A stretch of DNA of 64,000 nt from an uncultured Gammaproteobacteria bacterium (GTDB lineage: Bacteria > Patescibacteriota > Patescibacteriia > VMEV01 > CAYQCH01). A program made the position numbers and the translations under genes. Position 1 is the first letter of the stretch. The number at the start of each line of letters is the position of its first letter. Positions 1 through 9,000 of the stretch are shown here, piece by piece. Location of the stretch: positions 361-64,360 of the forward strand of contig CAYGRO010000007.1 in the NCBI GenBank assembly GCA_964352335.1, given 5' to 3'. The notes below the pieces were generated by a model that saw only the letters and a list, made by a program, of their open reading frames with translations, was not told where the DNA came from and ran no database searches.

Positions 1-44
1 TAACTCGGTTCGCGGTGAACTGGGTTGACACTGGTCAATCACCC

Positions 45-76
45 GGACCTCGTTCACAGTGAACGAGGTCCTTTTT
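45..76 (+). terminator. Intrinsic terminator hairpin
   Basis: Perfect 13-bp inverted repeat GGACCTCGTTCAC-A-GTGAACGAGGTCC followed by TTTTT. Confidence 0.75.
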
Positions 77-89
77 ATTCCTGGAGGGA

Positions 90-536
90 ATGATGACTGA
101 GAAGAACAAGGGGAGCGGCGGCCTCAGTCGTCGTAATCTCCTCAAGTTGGTGCGAGAGTCTGCTCTCGCTCTAGCTGCTGGCTACGTCCTGCAAGGATGT
201 GGTGGCAGTGGCGGAAGTAGTGGTGGTGGAGCTCCGGCTCCGACCGGAAGTCCTACCCCCACACAGAGGATCACGATTGGAGTGGCCACGCGCAAGCAGG
301 GCACCCCGAATACGGATCCCTCGTGGTCGTCGGTTTACGGCAGCCTGTATACCACGGTTGTCGTGAACTCGGTTTCGTTGGGAGATCCTCCCAAGGGTAA
401 GGACCTCAACTTCGGGGCCTTCCAAGCGATCGAGGCTGACAAGGCTGAGGTCAACATCGGCACCACGATCACTTGGCTTGAGGTGGCGCAAGCACCCGGC
501 TCGGTTGTCCTCGTCGAATCCTTTACGGCCGCTTAG
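90..536 (+). CDS. GC-rich orphan, putative Tat-type lipoprotein
   Basis: GGAGG SD at 83-87; SRRNLLK twin-arginine motif, hydrophobic stretch, LQGC lipobox, Gly/Ser/Pro linker; sampled line about 57% GC. Confidence 0.7.
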   Translation: MMTEKNKGSGGLSRRNLLKLVRESALALAAGYVLQGCGGSGGSSGGGAPAPTGSPTPTQRITIGVATRKQGTPNTDPSWSSVYGSLYTTVVVNSVSLGDPPKGKDLNFGAFQAIEADKAEVNIGTTITWLEVAQAPGSVVLVESFTAA

Positions 537-544
537 GAGGTCTC

Positions 545-1084
545 ATGGAAATCACTTTGCAGTTCACCTGTTCCCATGTCACCGACGAGTGTCGTGAGGG
601 GCTCAACCAAGACTCCAATAAGCCGACGCTGGCTTCGTGTCTGGCTTGTATGCCAGTCATGTTCAATAGCTCGTCGGTGCTCGATCTCTTGATCAGCATG
701 GAGCTCTTGCCGGTTACTCCCGGAAGTACGCTCGGACAAGCGCTGTTCGGCGCGACGGTCTTGGGCAAGGACAAGTTCGGACTTGGTCTCGAAGCCTTTC
801 GGACCACTACGGGCATGCTCGGCATGATGGTCAACGGCAAGATCGGAGGGTCGCTGTACATCGTTCGGCGAACGATGGACGGCTTGCTCTTGCTCTTTCC
901 TGGGTCATCGGATCGTTGGGCCGATCGTGTCGTCCACCCCGACGACATCTTCTGGTTCTTCGGTGACACCATCACTGACGAGCGAGTCCCCAAGGGCGAG
1001 AAGACCATTCACGAGCTCCTCCGAGAGGGGATCGGGCACGATGGTTTCGTCCTCAACGTGCGTTCGCTGGCTCGTGTCGGCTAA
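545..1084 (+). CDS. GC-rich orphan hypothetical protein
   Basis: AGGAGGT SD at 535-541; GC3-rich codons; followed by a hairpin; no recognisable family. Confidence 0.7.
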   Translation: MEITLQFTCSHVTDECREGLNQDSNKPTLASCLACMPVMFNSSSVLDLLISMELLPVTPGSTLGQALFGATVLGKDKFGLGLEAFRTTTGMLGMMVNGKIGGSLYIVRRTMDGLLLLFPGSSDRWADRVVHPDDIFWFFGDTITDERVPKGEKTIHELLREGIGHDGFVLNVRSLARVG

Positions 1085-1099
1085 CCACAGCATGGCGCA

Positions 1100-1129
1100 G
1101 GGAGGCACTTCTACCAAGAAGTGCCTCCC
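1100..1129 (+). terminator. Hairpin closing the GC-rich segment
   Basis: GGGAGGCACTTCT-ACCA-AGAAGTGCCTCCC, 13-bp stem; no clear U-tract. Confidence 0.55.
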
Positions 1130-1201
1130 GCCCAAACATTTACCACTTGATGTAACTAGATCAAAAGTTTGATCCACTAAATCAATTGTTAAATTACCAA
1201 T

Positions 1202-3202
1202 ATGCGTTTTCGTCAACTCGTCTCATCATTTCTCATTGTTGCTTTAGCGGTAACAGGGATGACTATTCCTACATCTGCTGCAGTCGACAGTGCAACAATC
1301 AATTATCTACAAAGCCAAGAGCAAAATAATGCTTGGGTAGTAATGGCACTTAGAGCAGGGGGGCAAACACCTTCTGCCAATCGTCTTTCTACTACACTGA
1401 ATTCTATTACAGATATAGAAAGAACTATTTTAGCTGTTACAGCTGCTAATCAAGACCCAACAAATTTTAATGGAGTGAACTTAATCCAAAAGCTCGATCT
1501 AGAAAGAAAAAATCGACAAATTGGAAGTACTACTCTTATTAATGACGATATCTTTGGTATCTTAGCCTATTATTCTGCAGGGATTCCTTTTACAGATTTA
1601 CGTATTGCGGAAAGTAAAGAATATATTCTCAATCATCAAAATAGTGATGGGGGATGGTCTCATTCTACTTCTTCACCATCAGACTCAAACGATACTGCGA
1701 TGGCAATTAGTGCGTTAATACGAGCTGGTGTTTCTCAAAATGATCCAGCGATTACAAAAGCAGTAAACTATATTAAAACAACACAAAATGATGATGGTGG
1801 TTTTGGTATTTCTCAAAATGCAGACTCAGATAGTGCTTCTACAGCATGGATTATTTCTGCTTTACAAACTGCAGGAAAAACACCGGCTTCTTTTACGAAA
1901 AATAATAAAACACCTTTCATGTTTTTAAATACTGTAAAGCATTCAGATGCTTCGTATAAATGGAAGGCAAATGAAGGTCGTGGAAATGCAACCATGACAG
2001 CCTATGTTGCTATCGCTTTAGCTGGTACCGGATATCCTGTTGCCACTCGAGCTGGTTCAACAACAACTTCAACAAATACAAGTACAAATGTTTCTCGAGT
2101 CGTTAATGATACAACAACAACGAATACACAACGAGTAGCAAATGATACAACGACAACAAATACCGTTCGAGTCGGTTCTCCAACACGAGGAGGGACTCAA
2201 GTAAACTTTAGAATCGAAGGAAGTCAAAATCAAATTTGTGAAGGAACTGCAACAGCGGCAAATCCATTAGATTTAGTAAAAAATGCGGCTTCACAATGTG
2301 GATATAGCTACTTTATCGATCAAACAAGTTTTGGTTCTTATTTGCAACGAGTAAATGCTGACCAAGCATCTGGTTCAAATGGATGGCTGTATTTAGTTAA
2401 CTGGACTCAACCTTCTGTTGCTGCCGATCAATATCAATTAAAAAATGGTGATTATGTCACTTGGTATTTCGGAGAATTCGATTGGAAACCATTAAGAGCA
2501 CAATTAATAAATGCATCTACAGCCCAACAACAAGGAAATGCCATTATTGAAGTTCAGCAATATCAAAGTGGTGCATGGCGTGCCTTTTCTGGAGCAACAG
2601 TGTATTTAACAGGTAGAACTGCTACAACCAATTCTTCTGGTCAAGCAAGTTTTTCTCTTCCAACCGGTTCTTATCAATTTTATGCAGATAGAGCGAATTA
2701 TATTCGTTCAGCGAAAGAAACTTTTAGTGTGAATACCGCTTCAACAAATACAACAACGACAAATACGAATTCAACGAATACAAATTCTTCAACAAGAATT
2801 AGTCGATCAGTTCCACTAGAATCAACAATTATTACAGACCGAGTGTATACGCAGAATACAAATACAACAACGTATAATCCAAATCCACCACAAATGTCAT
2901 TTTCTTTGAATCTAAGTGGTTCTACGACTTCCTTAGGTTTTGGTACACTAAGAGAAGGTCAAACAGCTACACAAAGTGTGACGGTAACAAATACAGGTAC
3001 GACAAGCTTATTAATGACGGCAACAGTAACAGGAGATGCCTTATATACAAATAACTTACGCTTAGATAATCAGTCTTGGGGAAGTTTTTCACGACGTATT
3101 AGTGTAAATAGCGCTTCTCGTATTGATGTATCATTAACTGTTCCTGTAAATTATTCAGACGGATACAAAAGAGGTGACCTCATATTTTGGGCGACTCAGT
3201 AA
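1202..3202 (+). CDS. Secreted prenyltransferase-like alpha/alpha barrel + DUF4430 protein (transcobalamin-like putative B12 binder)
   Basis: Signal peptide; repeats QNSDGGW and QNDDGGF with SDSNDTAMAI / SDSASTAWII; DUF4430-like YLQRVN...GWLYLVN...VAADQYQLKNGDYVTWYF; Thr/Asn linkers; C-terminal Ig-like domains. Confidence 0.75.
   Translation: MRFRQLVSSFLIVALAVTGMTIPTSAAVDSATINYLQSQEQNNAWVVMALRAGGQTPSANRLSTTLNSITDIERTILAVTAANQDPTNFNGVNLIQKLDLERKNRQIGSTTLINDDIFGILAYYSAGIPFTDLRIAESKEYILNHQNSDGGWSHSTSSPSDSNDTAMAISALIRAGVSQNDPAITKAVNYIKTTQNDDGGFGISQNADSDSASTAWIISALQTAGKTPASFTKNNKTPFMFLNTVKHSDASYKWKANEGRGNATMTAYVAIALAGTGYPVATRAGSTTTSTNTSTNVSRVVNDTTTTNTQRVANDTTTTNTVRVGSPTRGGTQVNFRIEGSQNQICEGTATAANPLDLVKNAASQCGYSYFIDQTSFGSYLQRVNADQASGSNGWLYLVNWTQPSVAADQYQLKNGDYVTWYFGEFDWKPLRAQLINASTAQQQGNAIIEVQQYQSGAWRAFSGATVYLTGRTATTNSSGQASFSLPTGSYQFYADRANYIRSAKETFSVNTASTNTTTTNTNSTNTNSSTRISRSVPLESTIITDRVYTQNTNTTTYNPNPPQMSFSLNLSGSTTSLGFGTLREGQTATQSVTVTNTGTTSLLMTATVTGDALYTNNLRLDNQSWGSFSRRISVNSASRIDVSLTVPVNYSDGYKRGDLIFWATQ
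2096..2173 (+). repeat. In-frame 36-bp tandem duplication (RVxNDTTTTNTx)
   Basis: Units start at 2096, 2132 and (partial) 2168. Confidence 0.8.
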
Positions 3203-3207
3203 GAGTT

Positions 3208-3317
3208 TACCTCCCCCTAACCCCCTCCTTATCAAGGAGGGGGAAGTATAATATCATGATGGACCTACGCATTATATTCCTTCCCCTCCTGTCTCAGGAG
3301 GGGATTGAGGGGAGGTA
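3208..3317. repeat. Palindromic REP/MITE-like element, copy 1
   Basis: Ends TACCTCCCC...GGGGAGGTA; internal hairpins 3221-3243 and 3283-3303; related to element at 54741-54880. Confidence 0.8.
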
Positions 3318-3340
3318 TCTAATCGATAAATCAAATACCT

Positions 3341-4348
3341 ATGCTCAAACGACTTAGCTTTATCATCGCTTTCTTATCGCTCAGTTTGATTCCATTATCA
3401 ATGGTGTCTGCTGCAGGAATTGGAATTTCTCCTCAATCATTAGAGATTACACAATCTCCTGGTTCACAAACGGAAACAATGATCTCGGTTCACAATACAG
3501 GAGAAACAACAGCTCTTTACCAAATTTATGCGGACCAATACGAACGATTAATTTCTATCGATGGTGAAGAAATTCGTTTAGCTCCGGGTGAGGGAAGAGC
3601 GATCCCTATTACTGTGGGTTCATTTCCACCGGGAGAATTTACAACAGCAATCTCAATTGTTGCGACGGAAGTGTCGGTTGAAGATTTGCCTAAAACAGGT
3701 GTAAAACTTCCAGTCACAATCAATTCAGTATCACTTATTGAGCAGGGGCAAGCTAATATGATTCGTCAATATAGTTTATATTTCATTGCTTTTGCACTGA
3801 TTCTCTTATTACTAGCAATGTGGTTTCATTCTCGTCGATCAAAAATGCATAAACTGCTTGATACCGCTCAAGAAACATTGGCTAGTCATTCTCTCGAGCA
3901 AACAGCTGACCATTATAGAAAAAAACATCCACTTATTTTTATCAGTCTCTTAGCTTTACTTATTGCTGGTGGATTACTGATCTGGTCATTTATTGCCTCA
4001 GATCAACAGCCTGTAACGGTAGAGATTCAGCAAGGGGTCGAACAATATTCTGTAACAATTCAACATCCAAGTGGTGCAAAAATCTATACAGTACAATCAG
4101 ATCGAGCTATCTCTGCCTTTTCTGCTTTAGAACAAGTACGTGATCAATATGGAATCAGTTTAGCCTATGATCCACCAATTGAATTCGGAATCTTGGTCAC
4201 AGAAATTGATGGTTATACAAATGGGGAAGATGGGCAGTACTGGGTTTTTGAAGTAAATGGAAAACAAGTGCCATCAGCGGCAGATCGGACTCAATTACAA
4301 CCAAATGACCAATTAGTATGGAAATTTGTTATCCCGAGTGCAGAATAA
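3341..4348 (+). CDS. Membrane-anchored Ig-like + DUF4430 domain protein
   Basis: Signal peptide, Ig-like domain, two TM helices, C-terminal VTEIDGYTNGEDGQYWVFEVNG...AADRTQLQPNDQLVWKF. Confidence 0.75.
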   Translation: MLKRLSFIIAFLSLSLIPLSMVSAAGIGISPQSLEITQSPGSQTETMISVHNTGETTALYQIYADQYERLISIDGEEIRLAPGEGRAIPITVGSFPPGEFTTAISIVATEVSVEDLPKTGVKLPVTINSVSLIEQGQANMIRQYSLYFIAFALILLLLAMWFHSRRSKMHKLLDTAQETLASHSLEQTADHYRKKHPLIFISLLALLIAGGLLIWSFIASDQQPVTVEIQQGVEQYSVTIQHPSGAKIYTVQSDRAISAFSALEQVRDQYGISLAYDPPIEFGILVTEIDGYTNGEDGQYWVFEVNGKQVPSAADRTQLQPNDQLVWKFVIPSAE

Positions 4349-4356
4349 ATTAAAAT

Positions 4357-4944
4357 GTGTATAATAAACTCTTCATTAATCAAAAAACTATGAATCAAAG
4401 AAAAGCTCTTGTAGCTCTCTCAGTCCTAGCGGTCATTTTTGCCGTTACTTTCCGTCTAGTCGACCACCCAGCTAATTTTGCTCCTATTGGTGCAATAGCG
4501 TTAATTTCTGCTTATTACCTAACTGCTCGAGGTTCTTGGGCTATTCCTTTAGGTGCAATGCTTTTGAGCGATGCCATCATCGGTTTTTATAGTCTTCCTG
4601 TGATGTTTGCTGTTTATGCAAGTTATTTAGCGATGTGGGGATTAGGACGATGGGCAAAAAATGCAGAAACAAAAACAGCCTTAGTTCCAGCAGTTCTATT
4701 TGGATCAATTACACATTTTGTGCTTACAAACTTTGCTGTATGGGCTTTTACAGGTATGTACGCAAAAACCCTTTCTGGTTTAGCGCTGTCTTATACAATG
4801 GCCATTCCATTTTTTAAATGGACATTAGCTGGAGATCTCTTTTTTGCTGGACTTTTTATTGCTATGATTGAAGGAGCGAGACAAATGGCAAAATCTATTG
4901 TATCAAAAGATGTAGTAGAAAATGTCATCTATCACCAATCTTAG
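4357..4944 (+). CDS. DUF6580/BtuM-like ECF S-component-type transporter
   Basis: About 6 TM helices; HPANFAPIGAIAL, LLSDAIIGFY, HFVLTNFAVW, YTMAIPFF motifs; true start may be 4390. Confidence 0.75.
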   Translation: MYNKLFINQKTMNQRKALVALSVLAVIFAVTFRLVDHPANFAPIGAIALISAYYLTARGSWAIPLGAMLLSDAIIGFYSLPVMFAVYASYLAMWGLGRWAKNAETKTALVPAVLFGSITHFVLTNFAVWAFTGMYAKTLSGLALSYTMAIPFFKWTLAGDLFFAGLFIAMIEGARQMAKSIVSKDVVENVIYHQS

Positions 4945-4967
4945 TTTATCTTTAACCAAAAAGAGCT

Positions 4968-5090
4968 ATGGATGGAGAAAATGTTTGTACCACATGTGGT
5001 ACCCCAGTAAAATTACCTTCACAAGAAGGGCAAACAGAAGAAAATGGATCAGAACAATCTTCTGAATCAGCAGAGTCTTCTGCAGAATAA
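4968..5090 (+). CDS. Small CxxCG acidic protein (40 aa; not in ORF track)
   Basis: MDGENVCTTCGTPVKLPSQEGQTEENGSEQSSESAESSAE*; CTATG start context like other genes here; terminator follows. Confidence 0.55.
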   Translation: MDGENVCTTCGTPVKLPSQEGQTEENGSEQSSESAESSAE

Positions 5091-5096
5091 GTGAAT

Positions 5097-5119
5097 AACC
5101 GTCCTTTGGGGCGGTTTTT
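5097..5119 (+). terminator. Intrinsic terminator
   Basis: AACCGTCC-TTTG-GGGCGGTT followed by T-run. Confidence 0.65.
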
Positions 5120-5142
5120 CTATACTCCCTCCTAACCCTATT

Positions 5143-5391
5143 ATGAAAAAATACTTCAAATCCGAGTATACAAAGATCAAAGTTATTCCTCAGCAAGTAA
5201 AAGCAGAATTTCGTGGTCTTATGGACGACGGAACGATTAAAATTGCTTTAAAATCTGCTCCAGAGAAGGGGAAAGCGAATAAAGAATTGATCAGCTTTCT
5301 TGCAGAGGAACTGGGGGTTCGAAAGGAGCAAGTAATCATATCAGGTGGGTTAACAGGGAGGATGAAAGTTATTCGGATTCAGCAAGATTAA
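5143..5391 (+). CDS. DUF167 (YggU/UPF0235) protein
   Basis: IKVIP...APEKGKANKELISFLAEELGV...IISG motif. Confidence 0.85.
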   Translation: MKKYFKSEYTKIKVIPQQVKAEFRGLMDDGTIKIALKSAPEKGKANKELISFLAEELGVRKEQVIISGGLTGRMKVIRIQQD

Positions 5392-5575
5392 TGAGATTCT
5401 CGCTGGAGTTTATCTCATAGTTGATACGGGGCGCGAATGACAGAGTTGATAAATGATCCCGATAGCATGCCTCCTGCACCATGTATCATGACCCATGTTT
5501 TCTGAATACGGTTATCCACTACACAAAAAACTAAAAATATGGCAAAATATAGATGTCTCACTTTATTCAATCTCT

Positions 5576-5926
5576 ATGCTTTTTCAGGATTTTCATGACA
5601 AAATGCATGTGAATGAAATTATCAAATGGGGAGTCTTTGATGGCTTCTTAGTTGGTTTATTCATTGCGATTTTTACAATTATTCACGCTAAACGTGAGAT
5701 AATTATTTCAAGTGCTGGTGGGTGGGAGCTTTCAGCAAGTTTATTTTTGATTGTTCTTGTTTCATTAAGCGGTTTAATTACGTCTATTATTATTTTCGCT
5801 AGACCAATTTATTGTTTAATGAATAAAAAATATCGAGATTCTTTTCTTACCATTGGGGTAAGTATTATCACGATTATGATTATGTCGGCCTTTGTTTTAT
5901 GGTCTGCTCCTTGGTTTACTTTATAG
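5576..5926 (+). CDS. Small membrane protein (3 TM)
   Basis: Hydrophobic ORF; start uncertain (5495, 5576 or 5603). Confidence 0.6.
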   Translation: MLFQDFHDKMHVNEIIKWGVFDGFLVGLFIAIFTIIHAKREIIISSAGGWELSASLFLIVLVSLSGLITSIIIFARPIYCLMNKKYRDSFLTIGVSIITIMIMSAFVLWSAPWFTL

Positions 5927-6054
5927 CTATTTTTTCACAGCTTTTTTATCAATTATTCAGTCACATTGGTAAAAAGACCAAAGAAAAATAGACTTACTTA
6001 TCGATCAATAGCAAAACAAGAATAAATAGATAAACGGTGCGATGCGGAGTATCT

Positions 6055-9000
6055 ATGCCAATAAAGAAAAAAACACCAAAGAAAAAAGTGGTTAAAAAAA
6101 CTCGAACAAAAACTCGAGCCACAAAAACCAAAACAACAACTCGTAAAAAACGAGCTTCTTCTGTTAGTAAAAAAACAGTGAAGGCAAAACCAGCAAAAAA
6201 GAAAACGACTAAGGTCGCTAAAAAAACGACTGTTAAATCAAAGAAGAAAAAAGTACTAGCTAAGCCTAAGAAAAAAGTAGTTAAAAAGTCTGTGCCCGCT
6301 GTGGCTGTAGAGCGAGCAATAAGTCCATCTACAAAAGCAGGTCAATTGCATAACCGACAAATACAGACAAAACAACATGTATATTTAGCTCCTACGAAAA
6401 CAAATACAGCTTTTTCTGTCTCTGGTTTTTCTTTTCAAAAAGCCTTATCTCAAGTACGAGATAAAGTACATACTACAGATGAGCCAATTGCGATAACTCC
6501 AATAGAAGCTCCAATAAAACTAGAGTTAGATGATCAGCCAGAACAGCCTCATTTTTCTCCCTATGTTTTAGATTTAAAATCAAGAAAAACAGTTGTTACA
6601 ACTCATAAACTTTCTCTCAATTCTGCTAAACCAGAACAAGTACAATTAGGTCTTTTTGAAGAAGAGGTTAAAACACCTGTTCAATTTATTGCTCAATCTT
6701 GGAATAATTTTCTTGCTTCACTCAAACCAAGAAGAAGAATTAATCTTATCCCTCGTGAACAAAAGCAAGGAGTCAGTTTATCTCAGAAGATCGCCAGAAA
6801 GCATAAACGATTTCAATTTCATTTAGAAGAATTTGGAGAGTTATTATCTCGTCCGTATCAACTTTGGAGAGATGCTAAACGACAAAAAACTTTTGGATTG
6901 CCTCGAGAAACGAGTAGGCAGAAACAAGTTCCACTAATTTCAAATAGAACAAGGTCTGGTGAAGCCATTCCTGTTTCTCGTATAGATAAAATTCATCAAA
7001 AAGCAAAAAATGTTGCCGCTTCTGCACAGATTTCTGTGACAAGTTTATCTGATGTATTAAAACGTCAACCCAAACCAAAGAAAACTTTTTCTTTAGAGCA
7101 TTTATCTTTGCAAAAAGCTTTTATGCCTTTTGCTGTTTTGGCTTTTGTCATTTTATTGCCTTTTGCTGGGGCGTCACTGTATGAAGGGCTTTCTCAAACA
7201 CAAGGTGAAGTATTAGGAGCAACAAATCAGGCTGTTTCGAAATTGCAATCAGCTACCAACTATGCAAAATCTTTTCAGTTTTTACAAGCGAGTAAAGATT
7301 TTCAACAGGCTTCACAAACATTTTTAGCGGCATCTGCATTAATTGAAAACCAACAAGGGCTTTCTACCAAGGCTTTATCTGTATTACCAGTTGTTGGAGA
7401 AAAAGTGAGAGCAGGGAAAGATTTATTAACGATTGGAAATGAATTATCAGAAGCAGCAACCTTATTTTCACAAGGTATTGCTGTATTGGCAGATGAAAAA
7501 CATTTTCTTGTGGATCAGCCGATGTCATATAAATTGGAATACCTTTTTGTTCGATTACAAGAAGCACAACCACATGTGCAATCAGCTGTTTCGATGTTAA
7601 ATGAAATCGATCCTGCAAATATCCCAGAAGATATTCAAGGTGATATTGAAATGCTTAAACAATCATTACCAGTTCTTTCAGAAAAATTACATCAGTTTAC
7701 GGAAATGGATCAATCTGTTCTTAGCTTTTTAGGGCATCAAAACTTAGAGCGATATTTAGTTGTATTTCAAAATAATACAGAATTACGAGCTACAGGTGGA
7801 TTTTTTGGAAGTCTTGCGTTAGTTGATATTGACCGAGCAGAAATAAAAAATATTGAAATCCCTGGTGGTGGTCCCTATGATTTTCAAGGAAGTCTTTACA
7901 AAAACTATGAATCACCAAGAGCAATGCAATTGATTAATCCTCGATGGGAGTTACAAGATACAAATTGGTTCTTTGATTGGCCAACATCTGCTCAAAAAAT
8001 TACACATGTCTATGAACAATCTGGTGGTCCAACTGTTGATGGTGTGATTGCTTTAAATACAAATGTACTACAAACATTGTTAGAATTTACTGGTCCCGTC
8101 CAATTAGCATCGTATGAAAAAGAATTCTCTGCCGAAAATTTTAGAGAAATTTTGCAACAACATGTTGAATTTGAATACGATGAAGAATTAAACCAGCCAA
8201 AGAAAATTATTGCAGACTTAGCTCCTGTTTTATTGGAACGAGTTAAGTTATTAGATCCTGTTGAATACTTAGAGTTAGCAGCACATTTAGGTGAATTATT
8301 TCAAACGAGAGAACTCTTTATTTATCATACAAATGAAGACGTGCAAAAAGAATTTTCTAAGTTAGGATGGTCAGGGGAAGTTGTACAAACAGAAAGCGAT
8401 TACTTAGCCATTGTACATACAAATTTAGCTGGTGGAAAAACAGATGGTGTTATCAAAGATTCTTATGATCTTACAACACATTTTTCTGAAAACAATACTA
8501 TTCAGCATACATTAACAATTGCACGTACACATACGGGTCAAAAAGGAATTCCATTAATTGGAGTACGAAATGTAGATTACTTAAGAGTTTATGTACCAAA
8601 AGGAAGTAAACTTATCTCCGCAACTGGTTTTGAAAAACCACCAACAGACTTATTTGAATCTCCTGGAGAAAATTGGATTGTTGACCAAGATTTATTAGCA
8701 AGCCAAGGTACATACACAGTAGATTCAACGACAGGAGTAGAAATCTATGAAGAATCTGGAAAAACAGTCTTTGCAGATTGGGTGCAAACAGATCCCGGAG
8801 AAAGACAAGAAATTCAAATTACTTATGAAGTGCCAGCGAGTGTTATTTCTGAATTTATTTTACCAACTCGTGAGTCTTCTTGGTTAGATTGGGTTACTGG
8901 TAAAACAGTTAATACAGAAGAAGAAGTAAAAGCCTATCAACTGTATTGGCAAAAACAATCAGGTGCATGGGACCCAGAAATGCATTTGAGTATTGATTAT

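Noticed and set aside
1085-1201. Cobalamin riboswitch upstream of the putative B12 locus
   Set aside because: Only about 70 nt after the hairpin, AT-rich, no B12-box motifs
171-1216. Overlapping alternative ORFs (171-491, 523-1008, 533-739, 905-1216 minus; 927-1172 plus)
   Set aside because: Shadow frames of GC-rich genes; the plus-strand ORFs carry the SD sites and terminators
1202-2030. Squalene-hopene cyclase or prenyltransferase enzyme
   Set aside because: Has a signal peptide and a single short barrel with no DxDD motif; fusion to DUF4430 favours a binding role
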